Positions 48,131 to 48,780 of a stretch of 48,780 nt of DNA are shown in pieces. Every line of letters begins with the position of its first letter. Within the stretch, counting starts at the first letter, position 1. The translations under genes and the position numbers were made by a program. Origin of the DNA: Planctomycetota bacterium (GTDB lineage Bacteria > Planctomycetota > UBA1135 > UBA2386); NCBI GenBank assembly GCA_947501605.1, contig CANMWZ010000033.1, positions 1 to 48,780 of the forward strand, written 5' to 3'. A model generated the notes under the pieces. The model was not told where the DNA came from, made no database searches, and saw only the letters and a program-made list of their open reading frames with translations.

Positions 48131-48459
48131 TTGCACCCCCATGCGGCCTCGAGAGAACCGCGCGTGATCGCCATATGACTCGCGTGCCACACCGGCTTGC
48201 CCTGCTCGAACAGGATCGCCTGCGGTGACTGGTGCTTGACGCCGCAATGGTCGGCAATCCCGCGCGCGACCGGACGGTCGTCGAGGACGTCGACGAGATA
48301 GGCTGGCACTTCGGGGTTGTCGCGGCAGAACTCCTCGTACTCCCTTTGCGCCTCAGCACTGATCGGGCACGCCGAGGAGTGCTTGAACACCAACAGTCGC
48401 GGGTGCTGTTGCAACGCAAAGGTGAAGCTGTGGAGATCGCGAAGCACCAGTTGGCTCAT
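48124..48459 (-). CDS. ytxJ: Monothiol bacilliredoxin YtxJ/BrxC (DUF2847)
   Basis: FKHSSACPIS, GVKHQSPQ, VWHASH. Confidence 0.9.
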   Translation of the reverse strand: MSQLVLRDLHSFTFALQQHPRLLVFKHSSACPISAEAQREYEEFCRDNPEVPAYLVDVLDDRPVARGIADHCGVKHQSPQAILFEQGKPVWHASHMAITRGSLEAAWGCKC

Positions 48460-48588
48460 CGCCGCCATGTTTGCCCACGGCAGCAGCCGCGCAAGGGGGG
48501 GTGCCGACTTCGTCGGCATTTGCCGTCAGGGTTGTCGCCGGCTGCGGAGGATGGCACACTGCCGTCTCGCTCAGTCCGAAGGAGCCCC

Positions 48589-48780
48589 ATGCATCGAACG
48601 AAGTACGCTGACTCGTTTCTCTGGCTGATCGCCGTGTTGCTGATGACCACCGCGGCACTCGCACAGGAAGGCAGACTGCGGCCCGGTCCATGGGCCAAGG
48701 AACGCATCCCGGAAGGTTGGATCGTACACAACACCAAGAACTACCACGTCCAGTCGCAGTGCGGTCTCGAGAAGGCCAAG
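48589..48780 (+). CDS. Exported protein, 3' truncated by window (possibly DUF1570-like)
   Basis: AAGGAG RBS, ATG, signal peptide ending ALA-Q, GW...TKNYHV; open to the window end. Confidence 0.7.
   Translation, partial: MHRTKYADSFLWLIAVLLMTTAALAQEGRLRPGPWAKERIPEGWIVHNTKNYHVQSQCGLEKAK

Noticed and set aside
48491..48505. Sigma-54-like GGCAC...TTGC upstream of ytxJ
   Set aside because: GG-to-GC spacing is 11 nt, not the required 10.

Overview
GC-rich bacterial chromosomal segment, tentatively Planctomycetota-like from gene content (inference only). About 40 CDS and one tRNA-Phe; no integrase, transposase, phage genes or CRISPR array seen. In order: tail of a TOBE-domain ABC ATPase; arsenic cluster (acr3 behind a secreted class C acid phosphatase, divergent arsR-arsM, two ATCGTC-N4-GACGAT palindromes); lipid-modification cluster resembling the furan fatty acid pathway (desaturase, FAD oxidoreductase, DUF1365, two cfa-type methyltransferases, DUF1295) with a B12-binding protein and an ECF sigma/RskA-type anti-sigma, tied together by four copies of a TGCATCY-N16-CGAA promoter motif; tRNA-Phe; hemerythrin-domain gene; internally deleted galactokinase-like pseudogene; ctpA-tsaD-larB-carA; a ~1,930-aa membrane-anchored sigma-54 activator upstream of a -24/-12 promoter and a mini-Skp/secretin/GspK-like unit; pnp with a ~400-aa repetitive charged tail; rpsO; queC; an Ig-like lipoprotein; dacB; a GldA/GldF-GldG/DUF4340 ABC system whose DUF4340 protein carries an inserted GspG-like domain; ytxJ. 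The best novelty candidates are the sigma-54 sensor-activator with its secretin unit, the ECF/B12/lipid regulon, the PNPase tail and the DUF4340-GspG fusion. All calls come from motif recognition by eye; no searches were run.
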